Shown in pieces: positions 1-17,700 of a DNA stretch of 64,000 nucleotides. Position numbers and translations under genes: made by a program. The notes under the pieces are model-generated. The model made no database searches and had not been told where the DNA came from. It saw only the letters and a list, made by a program, of their open reading frames with translations. The stretch's first letter is position 1, and every line of letters starts with the position of its first letter. This stretch comes from Raillietiella orientalis (taxonomy: Eukaryota), in assembly GCA_036172245.1 (NCBI GenBank), contig JAYWIR010000018.1:1860001-1924000 (forward strand), written 5' to 3'.

Positions 1-590
1 TCTATCACGGAGAATCCTGAGTGTGGGTTTAGAATAAAGTAATTCACCGGGAGAAGAGAAGATGAGGAATGCAAGACAGGGACACGAGACTTCACGTCCT
101 AACCTGTGCCACAATGCACCAGGACTGGCAGACCCTGAAAAGGGTCATAGGGCTGCCGAACACCTCGAAGGTAAAAGTTCTAGCCGGGATGTTCGAGGGA
201 AGCGGAAACATTCCCCTCTGCAACCCTAATGGTAAGGACGATCGTCGCCCTATTCATCACCGCCATACTAATAAGATGGTGGAAGATGGGGACCGTCAGT
301 ATAACCGTATCTTCCATGGGAATCCTGCGAGGAGTCATCCAAAAGGAGATGGGCATAAGGAGCTGGGACAAGTGCCTGCCTGGACGTGCCGATGCATCCT
401 GAGAAGGATTGAGGACAACGTCCGCGCACAGCCAACGCCCAGTCCTCCTCCCTCCCAAGTGCAGTTACTCCCAGAAGTGAAACTTGAAAGTGAAACCCAG
501 TAGTTTTTCTACTTCGTTTTTCAATGAATGAGTTTTATAGTATGAATGGTAAATAAATTTACCCTAGCCCTCGTGGGACCGGGGAAACTC
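1..590 (+). mobile_element. Degenerate 3' end of a non-LTR retrotransposon (ORF2 C-terminal zinc-finger region plus short 3' UTR)
   Basis: ORF 69-503 begins (R*G)MQDRDTRLHVLTCATMHQDW. This fits a decayed C..C...(E/D)T..H....C....W motif typical of non-LTR ORF2 ends. AATAAA lies at 552-557, followed by a switch to AT-rich sequence. Confidence 0.4.
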
Positions 591-2910
591 AAAGTACGTT
601 AACAGGGAAACGTTTAATAACAGTGCGTTTGCACTGTTATTAAAACTGATATTCGAAAAGGTCTTTTATTTTTTATTTTTTCCTTTAAGAAAGACGAAAT
701 CGAGCTAAGAGCAACAGGATTAAAAAACATCAATATTTAAAACACTAAGGACTTGATAACTGCATATGTACCAATGTGTGACACACATGACGAAGAAAGC
801 TCAGCAATTATCTGTTACTTTCGGAGGATGAGCGTTTTTATTATAATATTTTATGAACGCACATTCGAAGTCTCAACTGGAAATTCGCACAAAAGTGATT
901 ACTCGCTATCTCGTTAGGAAATTTTCTGAACTAAGTTTACATGGAAGAATATTTTGCTCTTTAGGGATTACTTTTGATCTCTGTGCTCTCTTTAATGCTC
1001 GTTTTTCTTGAACCATAATCATACCATATTATTTAACATCTGTAATAAGGGTATTTGAAAGCACCTCTGCATATCAGCAATAATCAGATATTGAAAAGAA
1101 TTGTTCAGCCATCGATTTTCCCATGGAGAAAAGAAAAAAAAAAAGTACAAGCATATATCATAAAATCCATCTTGGAATTTCATAGAAAACAACTTGCATT
1201 GAAAAGGAGAAAAGTAAACACATAGAAACTCATAAAAGAACAGTAGATTAGCCGTTTCACTTTAGAGAGATGGAAGGTTTTCAGGATTTATTATTTTGTA
1301 CTATTTACATCTCAAGTTCTTGACGTGCTTCCGATGAATGAGAGTGTAATTCAATATGTGTGCATTTTCGTGAATGTCAAGGAGAGTTTCTGCAACTCTT
1401 TCGCATAAAATTTTGACACTCCTTTTAGCACAGTGATTTGCAAATGACCAAGATGATTCATACGATTTACAGCGTTCCCTTCACAATTCGGGTACATTCT
1501 CCAATATTCAGAAATATTCCAGTATTTAGAAATTTGAATTCCCATAATTTGTTTATTGAAAGAATAATACAAAGCACGGAATTTTGTTCAGCTAATTCCC
1601 CAGCCTCTGATAGAATTCCAAAGAATGTTCCACTACTTTTAAACCAAGTAATATTTGATATCATGAAAGGCTAAAGTTTCAGGAGGTTGCACATTGAGAA
1701 ATTATTTATTTATTTATTTTTTTACCGTAAATTGGTTATACAAAAGATCTATTTTTTTTGCTGACTCATTTATTTTCTATAATCAGCGTAGAAAATAAGT
1801 AAATAATGGTTATCAATATGACTTACGAAATACACGGTAGGCAAGAGATTGATTATCGGACAAACGAAAATGGGGCAACATATTTTATGTGGTACTTTAT
1901 CTTTTTTTGGAAAAAGGTTCACCCTCAGCAAAGATGCAACCCACCAGCGAAGAGTAGCAGTTAATTGGAGAATTTTGTGAAAAAATTCAAGGCGTTAGGG
2001 AGAAAAGCTCCCAAGAGCATCAAAAGAAATCACATGATCGAGGAAAAGTTATATAGAAAATGCTTTAAATAGTTTTAAAGACATGGTAAATGAAACCAGG
2101 ACTGAGGTTAAATTTATGTTGTAGAGGATCAGAGCGAGGATGAGGGAGAGGGTGAAACTGTAACAGATTTAATATCTCGATTTGCATAGAATGATTATGA
2201 GATAATTACGGTAATGATGCAGAAAACTGAGTGCAGCATTTTTCCCTCCTCCTTTATTGGTGCACCCCTCGTTGAAATTAATGTTCTGGAAGTATATTTG
2301 GTTTTCAACTTATGGAATGGGAAAATAGAACGCAGTCACAATATATTCATGTTATATTTCCTTGAAGGGTAGTTCAACTTGTATTGCATTCAGAGAATAC
2401 AAAGTTGATCCTTTTTGTCAAAGATAGCGGCAAATAGAATGGAAATCACACGAAACCCGTGTTTTTCAACTTTAGCAATGCATGAATTGTCACGATCCGT
2501 AATAGTGACTTGGATGATGCATTCTTTAGTAAATATGTTGAGCAACTACATTGCATTTTTCATTCGTACTATTGCACGTGCTATTTCTGCAAACTTGTAA
2601 TTCTGAAGCAAATCGAAAACCTGGTGAGAAACAATTCGAAAAACAAAAATTCATCTCCCTTCAGTTTGTAACCAAGATTTTTCACGTAATTTAATCTAAA
2701 ATATTTATTTTGGTGGGAAGAACACGATGACAATTCTAATTTCAAGGTTTTTGAAACGGAAATGTTAAATGGGAACGCAAGACAGCATTGCCTGCGTGCA
2801 TGTGTGACTGGCAGCCCACGTGTAGTTTTTAAGAACGGCTTTCCTCTCGCGTGGCAAAAAGCGTAGGCTTCCAGCGTCAGTGGCCTCGTTGCGGCGTTCC
2901 CAGCGAAGAC

Positions 2911-5389
<2,479 letters not shown>

Positions 5390-5392
5390 TTG

Positions 5393-5398
5393 AATAAA
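5393..5398 (+). promoter_or_regulatory. Polyadenylation signal of Sec61-beta
   Basis: AATAAA immediately after the TGA at 5387-5389; a second AATAAA follows within ~15 nt. Confidence 0.6.
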
Positions 5399-7665
5399 AA
5401 AATTCTGAAATAAAATAATGTTTAATTATTAAAAGTTTCGTTTATATCTGTGGAGATTACTTTGTAAATAAGAAGTTCAAATCAGGCCTCCCAACTCACC
5501 AAAGTTGTGCCATAAGCATGTAGTTATGAGTGCAAGCTGTGTTTGTCAAGCATTGGAATTTCTTATTACGAAGGGTCGTTCACAGGTTCATGGTAGGATG
5601 TGCGTGGCTCGTGTGTCGAGTTTCCAGGTTGACTATTAGCCACAAAGAGCTGGATGGTGTCAGTCTGGATAATAGACTCTTTAGTTCGTAACTGCTTTTG
5701 GTTTACATTTCTCTATTCCTGCAGATTTAGCAGAAGAAGCCGCGTTGCTGTTCTTGACACAGGTGTTTTGAGTTTTCATTGCAGTTGTGAACTCCAAAGT
5801 TGAGCATCGTTTTTGTGTGAGTAGGGTTTCCAGAATTGTGAAACATCTGTAAGAGCCTAAAAGCATGTGAAAAGGATTTCATCATCTCCTCCTCCTCAAA
5901 TGTAAGATGTTAGGTGGTACTTGACCGTGATGCATATGTATTTGTGTGCCGAGGTGTGGCGTAGGAAATCCAACGAGGTATTGTTTACCCTTTCTCAAAT
6001 GTACTAACCAAAAAAAAAAAAAAATTTCTTTCATTCAGACTACGCGCAAAACATTCATTCATAAACTTTAATTACGTTGTGGCGTGGTTACTGGTGACGC
6101 AGAAATTTAGCAAAAATAAGTTGGTTTACGTGCATATCGCTGAATAATGTTAAGAATTTCAGGCTTTCGTTTTTATGCGTTCCCCACGTTGATTGCCGGC
6201 ATTTTCTGAACAGACTCCAAACAAATCTTTCGGTAGGTTGCCCTACACTTCCGTCTCATGTCGGAAATCAAACATTTGCCTTTTCTTGAATTTGTTAGGT
6301 CTTTTGTTATTTTGGATTTCGTTTCAAGATTAATTTTCCATAAAAAATATCCACCCCCTGCACTTGATTTCGCAATAATTTTTTTTTTGGCATTGATCAA
6401 AATTTTTTTTGGTCACTTTTCCAATTCTGTTTTTTTTACTGCAGCAGTTTAAACATCTTTTGACTTCCTGACTTCGCGTAAAACTTTGGTGCTAATCGTT
6501 GCTAACTTAACCTTTAGACGTACGTAAAATGAAATTCCCTCAACAATTTCGTTTGGATGATAGTTTTCTCTTTGGTCCTCAATCTCGAATAACGGAAGGA
6601 AACTTACAAGTAATGGTTTCTTATAGCGATGTATTTGTTCCCTTATTCCGCTGAGTAATTGAGAGAAATTTTCTGTGTCTGGAAGAAAAAAATCTACCTA
6701 CTGGCAAATCTGGCCAATGTACCTGTTCGTTGTCCAGCATATACCACCAGGGAAAAAAAAAAAAAAAAATGCTACACAATGTCTTGTGTAAAAATGCTGC
6801 TTGCTTTCGCAAAAGGCAGTGAAGTGGAGTGACGCATGAATTTTTCATTTGTATTGAGAAAAAAGCACGGTTTGAAGAAGAGTAAAAGGGTTATGGATGT
6901 GTACACAGCGGACACAGGAAAGCATCGAAATTGATGCAAAGAAGATGTTGGTTCTTTGCATCAATACGAGATGGGAAGCAGATACGAGTGTCAAACTAGA
7001 TAGGTCAGCCGGGTCGTTCCCGTCGCGAACGCCTCCAGGGCTCGAGATTCTGCTGGTTTTTTTTTTTTTTTGCTGCAAAGTTCTGCTGCAAAACCCTCAA
7101 GAAGTCTCCGGTGCACAAAAAGCATTGCGTGGGGCTTTCATACGGAACTGAGGGAGGACCTCAGCCAGTACCGAACTTTGTTTGCAAAGTTAAATGGAAG
7201 ACTCGGGTAATTAACGCTTGCTGCAAATCAATCAGTCACTGGCAGACTCAAGGTGCGTCTTGAGAATAACTGAATTGGAAATGCAGCCATGTACGCACTT
7301 TTGAGTACACATAATTGATTGAAATAAACGACGATGTTTTATAACAAATTCGCTTCATTTTGCATAGAACACGTCGACAAGTAAAACTATGTAAAGTTAC
7401 TATACTGGTGATCTTCATTTAAATTTACACGTATTGAATAGTATAAACATGCAAACAAGTATAAAGTTCTTCAATCCTCAGATACTTATCAAAATGATAC
7501 GTCGGCATCTTGGGAGGAAAACATGATCTTGGGTCAAAATCACGGTCCCATCCTGCACGTCTGAATTTTTCTCGATCCATTCTAATGATTACGATCTTGC
7601 AGTATGCTTGTATGCGCGTTTGCTTTGGCTTTTGTGACTCTGAATGACAAGTGGCAGCCCCCTCT

Positions 7666-7697
7666 CCCCCCCCCCCCCAAAAAAAAAAAAAAAAAAA
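7666..7697. repeat. Compound homopolymer C13-A19
   Basis: Read directly from the sequence. Confidence 0.9.
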
Positions 7698-10074
7698 TCA
7701 ATGACGGACACATCTTTCCCTCCCCGCTCCCTTCTTGCACGTTGTGCACACATGAACACCAGTTTGCACGATTCGGTGCACTTTTTCATGTTTTAATCGT
7801 CCACTCGGTACCTCACACACTTTTGAGTGTCAAGATCTCGGCGCGAAATTCCAGTGCATCAACTGCGACAGAGGTAGGCGGCCACGTAGTCAAGGTAGCG
7901 AGAGATGAGCCGATTGCCGATGAGTAAGGAGAGTGGAAAAGGCTGAAAGCTGCACAGAAAATCCCATTGAATTCTTCAGCATCCAGCGAAAACGTTTTCC
8001 TAGTTATCAGGTTGTGCGTAGGGAAAAGAAAAAAAAAATCTACATGGCAAGGCATCATCATTTTCCATCCTAATATTAATGGACAGTAAACTGCGTTGTA
8101 TGCTACTTGGTGTGCTTGGAAGAGAAATTGGAAGTGATGTTGAAAAATTCGGCCGCACTGAGTGCGCAGCGACTTCTTTCCAAAGACTGAAGAAACAGAT
8201 GATCATTACACAGATGTTGTTTTGGTTTTGAGTAATTTTTCACCGAAGATCGTGAAGGGATATCTCCGTTAACGGTTTCCAAGTTGGCTTCGTTTATTTT
8301 AACGTGGCACTTCACATCGATTTTTTTTTTTTATGTGCGTTTTTGCTTCAAGCAGCTTTACTCTCAAAAGTTTTACATCTTGAAAGGAGGAGCTTCTAGC
8401 TTTTATGGGAATTTGATCCAAAGGGAAGCAAAGCGGCCGCCCTGCCCTCTGGGAATGCTCACAAACCTTTCTCATACACTCAGGGCCATGTGTTGCACAA
8501 TAAGCAAATATGCAAACTGCATGGAATGAGGCAAACGCACGTCTATTCCTGCGAGGGTGTTTGATAAGCATTTTTATTTGTCAATGGAATGCTGATGACA
8601 CGTGGACGTTATGTCGGTGTTCGGGTCACCTGGAACTTATCGTTCTTATCAGTTGATCGTGCTGCTCACAATTTTACGAAATTCCTTGGCAATCAGAACT
8701 AGTCAGTCAAAAAAGGGAAGAAAAAGCTTCTGAGGAGAGCTCCTTTGAAAGATACACTTTCACTTGATTCGAGACTGATTTCACATACATGCAAGAGCAG
8801 TCATTCATGCCTCCGGCTATGGATGTTGAATCGTATTCTGAAATATTAGGACAGTCTTGTATCAGGACAGTCTCGCAGATCACATTGAACTTCCTCATGG
8901 CTATTTCAGGAGAGAATTTTTGGTAATTCCATCTATTTTGAAAGGAAACGAACATGGTCTCGCGCAAAACATTGGAACAGTGTTTCGTCTTTTTCTTATA
9001 ATTAATCCTTTTGGCATTTATGATGCACAGGTCAGACAGATTTCGAAGTCGGTATGAGGAATTATTTCCCATTATGAATGAAAGGATTAGCCTGTTGGTT
9101 GGTTGCAGTTCCGTCTTCTCAATGTTCTGTTGTAGAAATTCTGTGATGGGTTTCCTAAAGATAAGATAAAACTCCTAGTAGAAATCGATGTGACTGAAAG
9201 AGAAGTGAAAACCTTGAAGAAACTGATACTATAAAGTTATCTGAAATGCGTATGCTTTGTGATTTTGTCATTTGATGGATTAGTTTTCAAAAGTTTCGGT
9301 TTCACATGGAGGGGGGATCACTTTATTTTATTTGCTTAAGAATAGCATAGACGAATCGAGACTCAGTGTACACGTGCTGTACCTATGTAAAAGAATAAAC
9401 ACACGGAAAAGTCATATCAGTATTTTGAAATTATGCTCGATCAGACCACTTTGGAAATTCAGACAGCTACTAAACCTCCAGAAAAATTTGCATGTACTAA
9501 CATAGCCCGTATGCAATTTTTGTACCCAGCTCAAGGACGTTTGTATTGTAATACCCGCTTATGGGAGATTTGAAGTACACTCTTGGGCTGTACCTATACA
9601 AAAATTGGAACGCAAGGTAGGAGTGAAAAGCAGTAAAGTATATAAGGTGAGCATTTTTCAAAGCATCTAATCCGTCACTAATAGAATCACATTTTATTTG
9701 ACTCTTACTAATCGACTGTGAAACGCACCATTGAACAGCACACTTTATTTCCTTTTTTTTTTTTTTAATGTGGAACTTTCTGTTTTGAAATCTGCAACTT
9801 TGACACGCCGAAGCGTAGCATTTTGTAGAATGCTCTTGGAATATCATAACTGCAATCAAAGTATGTAGGAAAGAAAGCAGACATTGAAATAAATACCAGA
9901 CTTTAAGTATCACTGCAATTTTAAATTTTATAGTTATCAACATCATTATTACCCTTCGGAATAGTAGCAGTATTGAAGTTTCAGTAATTCAATAAATGAA
10001 TATTAATACATGATTCGATCTTTCTGGATTTTTATGCAACCACAAAGTGGAATCGAATCTCATCTAAACATTGA

Positions 10075-11327
10075 GCCATGATGCAAGAAGCGAATGGCTG
10101 AGCGGGGAACTCCATTCGAAGACCCCACTGCGCCAACGATACCCCGCCGGACTCCGCTCCACTAATCAGGACGGGGAGGAAAGGGAAAAAGTACCGAAGA
10201 ATTCCAAGTGGAGTCAAAAAAACACAGCTAAGCCAGAAAAAAAAAAACAGCAGCTAAGTTTTGTCCCTTCGCCAAGTCGAAGCCTTCATCCGTTCGGCGG
10301 GATACAAAACACGGATTCTGCGTGCGAGCGCAGCAGACGACCGTGCGGGAGAGCTCATTCCTTCCTGCCACCATCCATGCCCCAGGGCCACAGAGCGAGC
10401 AAACCCCAAAACACACCCGAGTCGCAAATCTTCCCGAGGTGCAAGAACTTAAGGCGCCAGGCGGAGGTCCACAGCGCCATTCGAACCATCAACAACCAAA
10501 GGGTGATAAAGACAGCAGAAGGAGGTGACTCGTTCACATTGCTTTCAAATGTGATCACATCTGGGACGACAGCTCCCAGCAAAAGACCGCAACAGCTCAT
10601 CAAACACGGGATCACAAAATGCAGGTGACCTTCAATTCAACCTACTCTTAAAAGGTGTTCCTCCGCCATTCAAACACAAGGTGCATTCCCTTCTCTTCGC
10701 CTTCACATTCAGCAAAAGAGCTGTTACGCTTATCTTTCTCCTGATCGTTATCTAGGGAATTTCGGGAACACTCATGAGAGGATTTCTCACGAATTCTTCG
10801 TCGCCACAGACGAGAAGACAACAGCGAAACGAAAACAAAACGAGAAGTACCCATCACCCACGCTTCCGCGTTGTGCTTCTCGAGATTCACCTTCCGCTGT
10901 CCAACTCGTATGCCCAAGAAAAGTCCCTTTCGCATAGGAAGAACCAAAGGTGCTTTAACCGTTCCGTGGACCCGTGCCCTGCAAGGATGTCTTCCTTCTT
11001 GCACGTGAGGACGGCACGCAGATGCCAGTCCAGCACTCCTCCAAGACTTGTCAGCGTGCTTTTCGAAATCGGACAATGCCACAGGCATCTTCTGCTTCTT
11101 TGACCATTCGGCTGCACGCTCAAATGCCACAGGCGGTGCACTCAGTAACTCCAAGGAGGAGAAATAAAGCCACCGAGCGAAAGAGATGACGACAGTTTGA
11201 GGACCGATCACGCAGCAGCTCATCTCCAGGGACATGCAGGCGTAAAAATAGTAATGCTACTGGTCCATCCTGAGGCCAATGCATGAGGAGCTTCAGATTA
11301 GGGCCTTCAAACCGTAACAGAAGATAA
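10075..11327 (-). mobile_element. Old decayed interspersed repeat, probably a non-LTR remnant, upstream of PCYOX-A (copied upstream of PCYOX-B)
   Basis: Segment GCACGCAGATGCCAGTCCAGCACTCCT recurs at ~11014, ~35400 and ~36834. TGACCATTCGGCTGCAC recurs at 11101 and ~12245. Minus-strand translation includes RCLWHCP, reminiscent of the non-LTR H.LW.CP motif. Confidence 0.3.
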
Positions 11328-11756
11328 GGACTCCTAACGTCACAGCATAAGAAACAGGAAATTCGCTGACGTGGTTACGGGGAATCAGGTATACAGAAAG
11401 ATATGTTTTTTACATGAGAAAAGCAATCAGCATATACATCATTAATTACTCAAGTACTCATCTTTTCTGTCCGCCTTTTTCTTACATCACTCTTCGTGAA
11501 GATCGCTTCCTCCTTTCCGAATTTACGCGAACTTCGACTCCCGTAAGAAGCGAATAATCCATGTGTAACTCGAGCTCTCATTCCACCTGCTGGCAAAGAA
11601 ATCTCTCGTTCACAAAGCTTGGCGACCACAGTGCGGACTTCCTTCAGGGGAAGCGCGAACGCATTCTGCGAAGAACGGCGTCAGGGACCGCTCATCTTAA
11701 CCCCTTTCTCTGTCTTCTAGCAGTGTATTCCAAGTGCTCCCGGAATAATGCGACAC

Positions 11757-14700
11757 ATGAAGCTGCAATCCGCCACAATTGTGCTGCTTGTTTTGGCAAT
11801 CGACAAACAAACAGATGGCTTCAGTCATGCCGCAGGAGAGGGTACACGTGTCCCTAAAATAGGTAAAACCGAGTTTTAGGGAAGTTTGAACAATTTCCAC
11901 GGCTCCCCACAACAGCCATAATAGGTGCGGGGATTGGCGGCACCTCAGCTGCATATTATCTAAACAAAGAATTCAATCAAACATTATGCATAGACATCTA
12001 TGAGGCTCAAGAGGTAGGGGGACGCTTAGCAACTGCAGAAATCGACGGATCCAATTTCGAAATGGGAGGATCAGTAATTCACCCCAAGAATCGCTACATG
12101 GTGGAACTCGCCAAAATCACGAAGTCGGGTGAGCCGAACTTCCATTCCATTCCTGCATGCCAAGGCGACAAGAGCGTTTCCGTCACGATCCTCACTGCAC
12201 CGCAACACATTCGAGTACCTCCGAGCGACCTCGGCCAGGTAGCGTGACCATTCGGCTGCACACGCTGAAAGCGAGCTCCACCCTACTTGGTGGTGCGCAT
12301 ACTCGCATTGCGAGGAAGAATCCAGCGAGACGGGCATAACCCCTGACCAAGGACTGCCGTCCCCCGCGTTCCCCAGTTCCGGATACACCGTGCGTCGACG
12401 TACTGCAAACGCCCGCCGCGCAGTCGAAGGAGCATCAGCAGCGCTCGAGAAGATGCGGAAACGGAAAGCGGGAAAATGGCGCTGGCTGGCGCGCGAAGAC
12501 ATCGAGCACGTGCTCCGCTCGCGAAAGAGCTGGGCTCACACTCATGGACGGTGGGCTGCATGCTGAGGAGGAAGACTGCCCGCTTGGTGACCATGCTGCA
12601 CGCGTTACCGCCGCGGCTGAGGTAGCTTGCAGGCTGCTCGTTGACGGCAGCGTCATTCCTCTTCCCACCTTTCTCCTTCAACTCCCTGGAACGGACTCTC
12701 AAGTCGTGGGTTCGCAAACGAAAGCTGCGATCGCCACGATGAGCGGCGCGGTTGGGGCGGATTCGGCCGGCGTTGCGGCGTCTGCGCGAAGGCCGAGTTC
12801 GTCTTGTGGAAGCGGTCGCTGCGGCCAGAGGGGCCGTGCGGAGCGCTTGGCGCGCGCCGCTCGCCTTGCGAAGACGGCACCACCCTCCCTGACGACTGTC
12901 GCGATCCCGTGGGCTGTGTTGGTGCATCCTTTCGTGGGATGATGCGCTCCCGCAACGCCCACGGCGCTCGATACACGGCGTTAGCGATACTCTTATTGCC
13001 GACACGCGAAGCGTCGCTGCGGTGCAGTGATGTTCGCAGTCGGTTTTCCATAATTGTGAAGCCTTGCTCGGCAGCTGCTGGCTGCTTACGGTCTCTCTGT
13101 CTTCCTGCTCCTGCTTCCTTCACCTCGTGAGCAGGGGATTGAAAAGATATCACCATCAGACAACCGCACTTGCGAGTTGGAGCATGTGGTTACCGTTACA
13201 TGGACATGTGTCCCAGATGCGATCGCGTGTGTAGCGAGGTATAGAAGGGAGCAAGCCAAGGGAGGTACGAAGAACCTTGTTGGACTGCTTCGCACAAGCG
13301 GCGGGAAATTTTTGGCGAAGAATGGTTCTCTGCTGCGCAAGAGGATTTCGAAGGAAAGAACGAAAATGATTGGTACTTCCTCTTACATGAAGAGAGTGGT
13401 TGTCGCGTGGGAGCGTTGTCAGCAGGTCAGGAGATGGGGGGGATGCAGAGAAAGAAACAAGAAAGAGCCTTGTGCTGGCAGCAAGTTCCCATCCTTGGTT
13501 GCGCACATCCAAGGGAAGATTTAGTGAAGAGACAGAAATGACGGCGTTGCTGATCCTGGATGGACTGGCATTCCTAGCAGCACTCTCTGCTCGCTCCCAC
13601 GACTTGCAGCTCAGGATGTCCGGGAGCACGTGAGTGCCTTCCGTCGAATTTCCCCTTGAGGACCAGGTACGCAGCTTGCGGAAGTTAAGACAGGTCCACA
13701 TGAGGCGGGAGGTTTGCAGAAATGCCAAGTATGGGCGCAATGGGGTCGCTATTTTAACTTCGGGACGGAATTCTTGAACACTTTCTGCCGCTCAAAGGGC
13801 CGCTGTTGGGGTATGAGGCGAACGCAGTGCGACCCGGTTCAACGTGACGTAGACTAGGAGCGCGAAAAGAGAGGCTCAGAGTTAGAACAAGCGAACATGT
13901 CGAACGCCGAATCCGCAGAAAATCCATCTCTTTCTGTAAAACATTGTAGACCATTTTTCAGAAATGCTTGACGACGACAACCCTGGAGGTTTTGGTTTGT
14001 ACAACGCCATGACACCAGTCTTTCAATCAAGCTCGTCGGAAATCAGAAACATGCTCCTTCTGCTTTGGAGATACTGGCTAAGTCCCATGTGGAGCCAGGA
14101 ACTGGTGAAAGAGGCATTAAAAGATTTCTCCCAGTAGGTAGCCATTTACCAGTAGTTTGGTTTCCCTGAAAATTCAATGGTTACGCGACACGTCTTTCTG
14201 ACCATTCTCGATAGCACATACCGCGATCTTCCTACATAGTGCTAGCCACGAAAAACGGCAGCGCTCTTTCTCAAACACGAATCAGGATACTATATGTCCA
14301 CGCATTCTGCTAACGAGGCACTCCTTTCCCGATGGCGCCAATTCGGATCCGAAGTGCCAAAGGAAGACAGGATTCAAAATTTAGACGTCGTGGCAAGTGG
14401 AAGAAAACGAGCGCGATCTCCGTCGGCGCATCACATCCAGCCCTTCCGTCCGTCAACTCACGGCATTCGAACCGCAGGGCAAGGCGAAGGCTCACGAGGT
14501 GACCCCCGGGCCCTTGCTCTCCCTCACCCACGTTCGCGCGGAAATTCGCCATAACGTAGTGGAAGCCCACAGAGTCCGCTTCCGGACGAATCCCTAGAAG
14601 GAAGCGCTGCTCACTCGTGAGCAGACTTGCGTCTCTACGGAAACGGACGCACGCACGCCGACAGCCCGGCAACCGAGGTGTGCGTTTGAAATGCGTTCTC

Positions 14701-17700
14701 CCGCCGACTCGCCTCCTGCAACGCAAGATGGCTTGCCAGCGTCCTCTGCAAATGAGCAGCTCCGCCTTCGACCGAACCAACTCGGGAAGGCGCGCCCCGA
14801 TGGACACCACTTGCTTCCAGCTTCGCGGACACTTCGTGTGCCCTGCACCTGTGCACTCGCGCATCAACGAACCGCGCAACACCCAGAAGGCACGAGCTAC
14901 GTGCGAACAGGCCCCCGGGGTTTCGTCGAACGGATCTCCAACGCGAACGCAGCACGGAGGAAGCTTCTACGGATACAGCTCGTCCGAAGCAACAGATCGA
15001 CCGTGGACGGAACGAACGGAAGATTGGATGGCGCAGTTGCTCCACGTGGAAAGAAGGACTGAGCGAGCATGTCGGCTGTGTGGGCACTCCGTGTCTCTTC
15101 GCATATGGGACGCAATCCTCCGAGCGTGTGATACACCGATTTCGCAAAGAAGGCACGTGGCTCCGGGACTGCAGCGGCACTGGCGCACCACGTGCGACGG
15201 GAAAACAGGAAGGACGGCCTCCAAAAGCACCACGACTAGCCCACCGCTTGCGCCAGCAGAGACCTCCACCGAAAGTGTCGGAGCGATTTCCCCTCGAGAA
15301 GACGTTGACAGGCGCAATCGGAAGTACCGCCACGGGAAACGCGCTCCTGTTCCTGGATGAGGGCAAGGTGCTTGGGCACTCGCACGCCCGCTCCTTTCCC
15401 CCAATTCGAAGTAACCTTTCCCTGGCAAAGGCCATCTTAGGAGCGCTAAGAATTCACTCCCTCCCCCGCAAAGTCCTCGAGTCGAGCCGGATGGATTGCG
15501 TTTCCTTTCAGTTTCCCCTAACGATCCTGTCTAGCGATGCCTCCCGCAGATTGGGAAGAGCAAGTGGACCGAAACAGCTTGGAAGACGGCTGACCCTCCC
15601 CGCATCCAAAGATTCAGTTTGTGGAGTGATGAAATTCGGTGCCGTGCGAAGAGCAGACGTGGATTTGGGGGAAGAATGGTTCTCGTTTCCGAGGAACATG
15701 ATGGTCACGGCTTGGACAAAAAGACCGTGGGCTTCCTGCCGCCATCCTGTCAGTGATTCCCTTCGCTCCTGCGCGTGGCGCATAGTCTCAGTCAGGCATC
15801 TCCTTCCTCCGACTTTGGCGCTACTCGATCTGTAACCCGTTGCAGGAACGCAAACGATTTCTGATTCCGCCCAGATTACGAATTGCCCGGGACAATCTTC
15901 TTTCCAGAATCTACGATTATCAGGATGCAGGAACTGGATTCCAATCCCTGAAGGAAATGGTGCAAATCTGGGGAAAACATCTGAGACACGCCGTGGAGAC
16001 GAACGTACTGACTGGTTTCTTGGAAGAAGGATTGAGTCGGAAGTTCATTGAAGAGATGGTACTCGCCACTCTCAGAGTAAACTACGGACAGGGATTGGAC
16101 GTGCACAAATTTGTGGGTGAGTGAGGGTTGACTGGTGTTCTCCTTCGCACGCTTTTCTTTTCTGCGACGAGTGCGGTTGGGTTCTTGCGGCGCGGTTTCC
16201 GGTTTGGTTCCGTCTTGCGGAAGTTGCTGCACGCGAGCGTTTCCCCGGTTGCTGAGGAAACTGCGAGTGATTTCGGTGAGACGATGCGTGGTTTTCTGTT
16301 GCATTGCCTTCCTTCCAGTAGGGCGAGATGCAGGTTTGGTACGTCGGGGCGCGTGGTGTTCCTTGCACGGTGTCCAGTGCTTGTTCGCACGCACTAGGAC
16401 GTGTGTGCGGCGGTGTCGAATGCGGGACGTTGCCTTCAACGGGCGCGCATTCTCGCAGAATGGGGGTGAGATCCGGCCTGTGACCTGGATTGCGGGGATG
16501 CAGCACTCCGGCGTGACTCGGAAAACGGCTCACTCCAGAGCTTTTGCGAACCTGGCGGATTCCGATGCGCACTCACGTGGTAGCCACGAAGGTGCGCGCC
16601 TTCCGCGGTCAGCGTTCTGCACTTTCCGTGCTCCTGTGCCGTTTCGCAGCGCGTGTTCGGAGATGCGCGCCCGGAGAGGCGATCCAGGCTGGGTGTTGCA
16701 GAGTCTGCAGCGCCTTCAAGTGGTCACGTAGCGGCTACGGCACTTGGAGGAAAGACGAAGGGAAGACCGCGACGGCTGCACGTACCCTCGGTCGTTGTGT
16801 CCGTCACGGTTGCGCACGCGCGAGTGCGCCGATTGGTGGGCGTCGTTTGCAGGGGCGAAGGTGGCAGAGCGCGAACGCAATCCGAGTCGGGAAAGGATGC
16901 GCCGACGTGGTGGTCGGTCCGCGAGTCGGTTCTTTTTGTCCGCACGCGGGAAGCGAGTTATCCCCCTTGTCGGCGCAGGGATTGCAACGGATGGGAAACG
17001 TCCTTTGGTGTTTTCGTAAAAGGAAGATTTCAGGGCACCGAGGTTCTCTTTTGGCGGTGGTTGCAGGCCAGTGGGCATCCTGGGGTTGCTGGTTGTGGAA
17101 TCAGTGAAGACGGGAACGCATAGCGAGACTTTCGGGAAAGAAGTTTCCCGAAGGTTCGCTTCGCGTTGCTGAGCTGAGCACCGCGGCGTGTGCACGATTA
17201 ACGTTCGGTGTTCGGGTGCCAACGTTGGGTGTTCAGCGTGTTCGTGCTTCGGACACGATGACGCGTGCATCTGCGATGCGGCGAGAAATGCAGGGGAGAC
17301 GTGGTGCCCGTAGTAGTGCGGGCAGATGGAGATGCTTTTGCGACGTTGAGCGCAGACGAGGAAGCGGGAATCCTGACGGCGAGAGCTGGTGGTAAGTGTG
17401 CACTTCCCGGGGCGGGGCTGGGGTTCTTCTCTGTGCCGAGTGCAATTGGCGCGCCTTTTTTGAAACGCGCGTTCTCCGCGTGATGTCTTTTCGATTAGCA
17501 TCTCTGTTTTTCAGGTTTCGTTTCCATGTCGGGATTCGAAGGCGATCTGTGGTCGGTGAAAGGAGGGAACAAGAAGATTCCGGAGAGACTACTATCTATC
17601 TCGAAAGCGAGGCTGATACACGGTCTGGTCGTTGCTATAGAAAAAGTAGAATCGAACAAATACCAAATACTGTATGAGGCGACGGGAACGCAAAGTACAA

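Noticed and set aside
1351..1674. Overlapping short ORFs on both strands
   Set aside because: No recognisable homology or coherent splice model.
8707..9072. 121-aa minus-strand ORF in the AT-rich region
   Set aside because: No recognisable motif and no convincing partner exons. It could be an exon or TE remnant, but I cannot support that.
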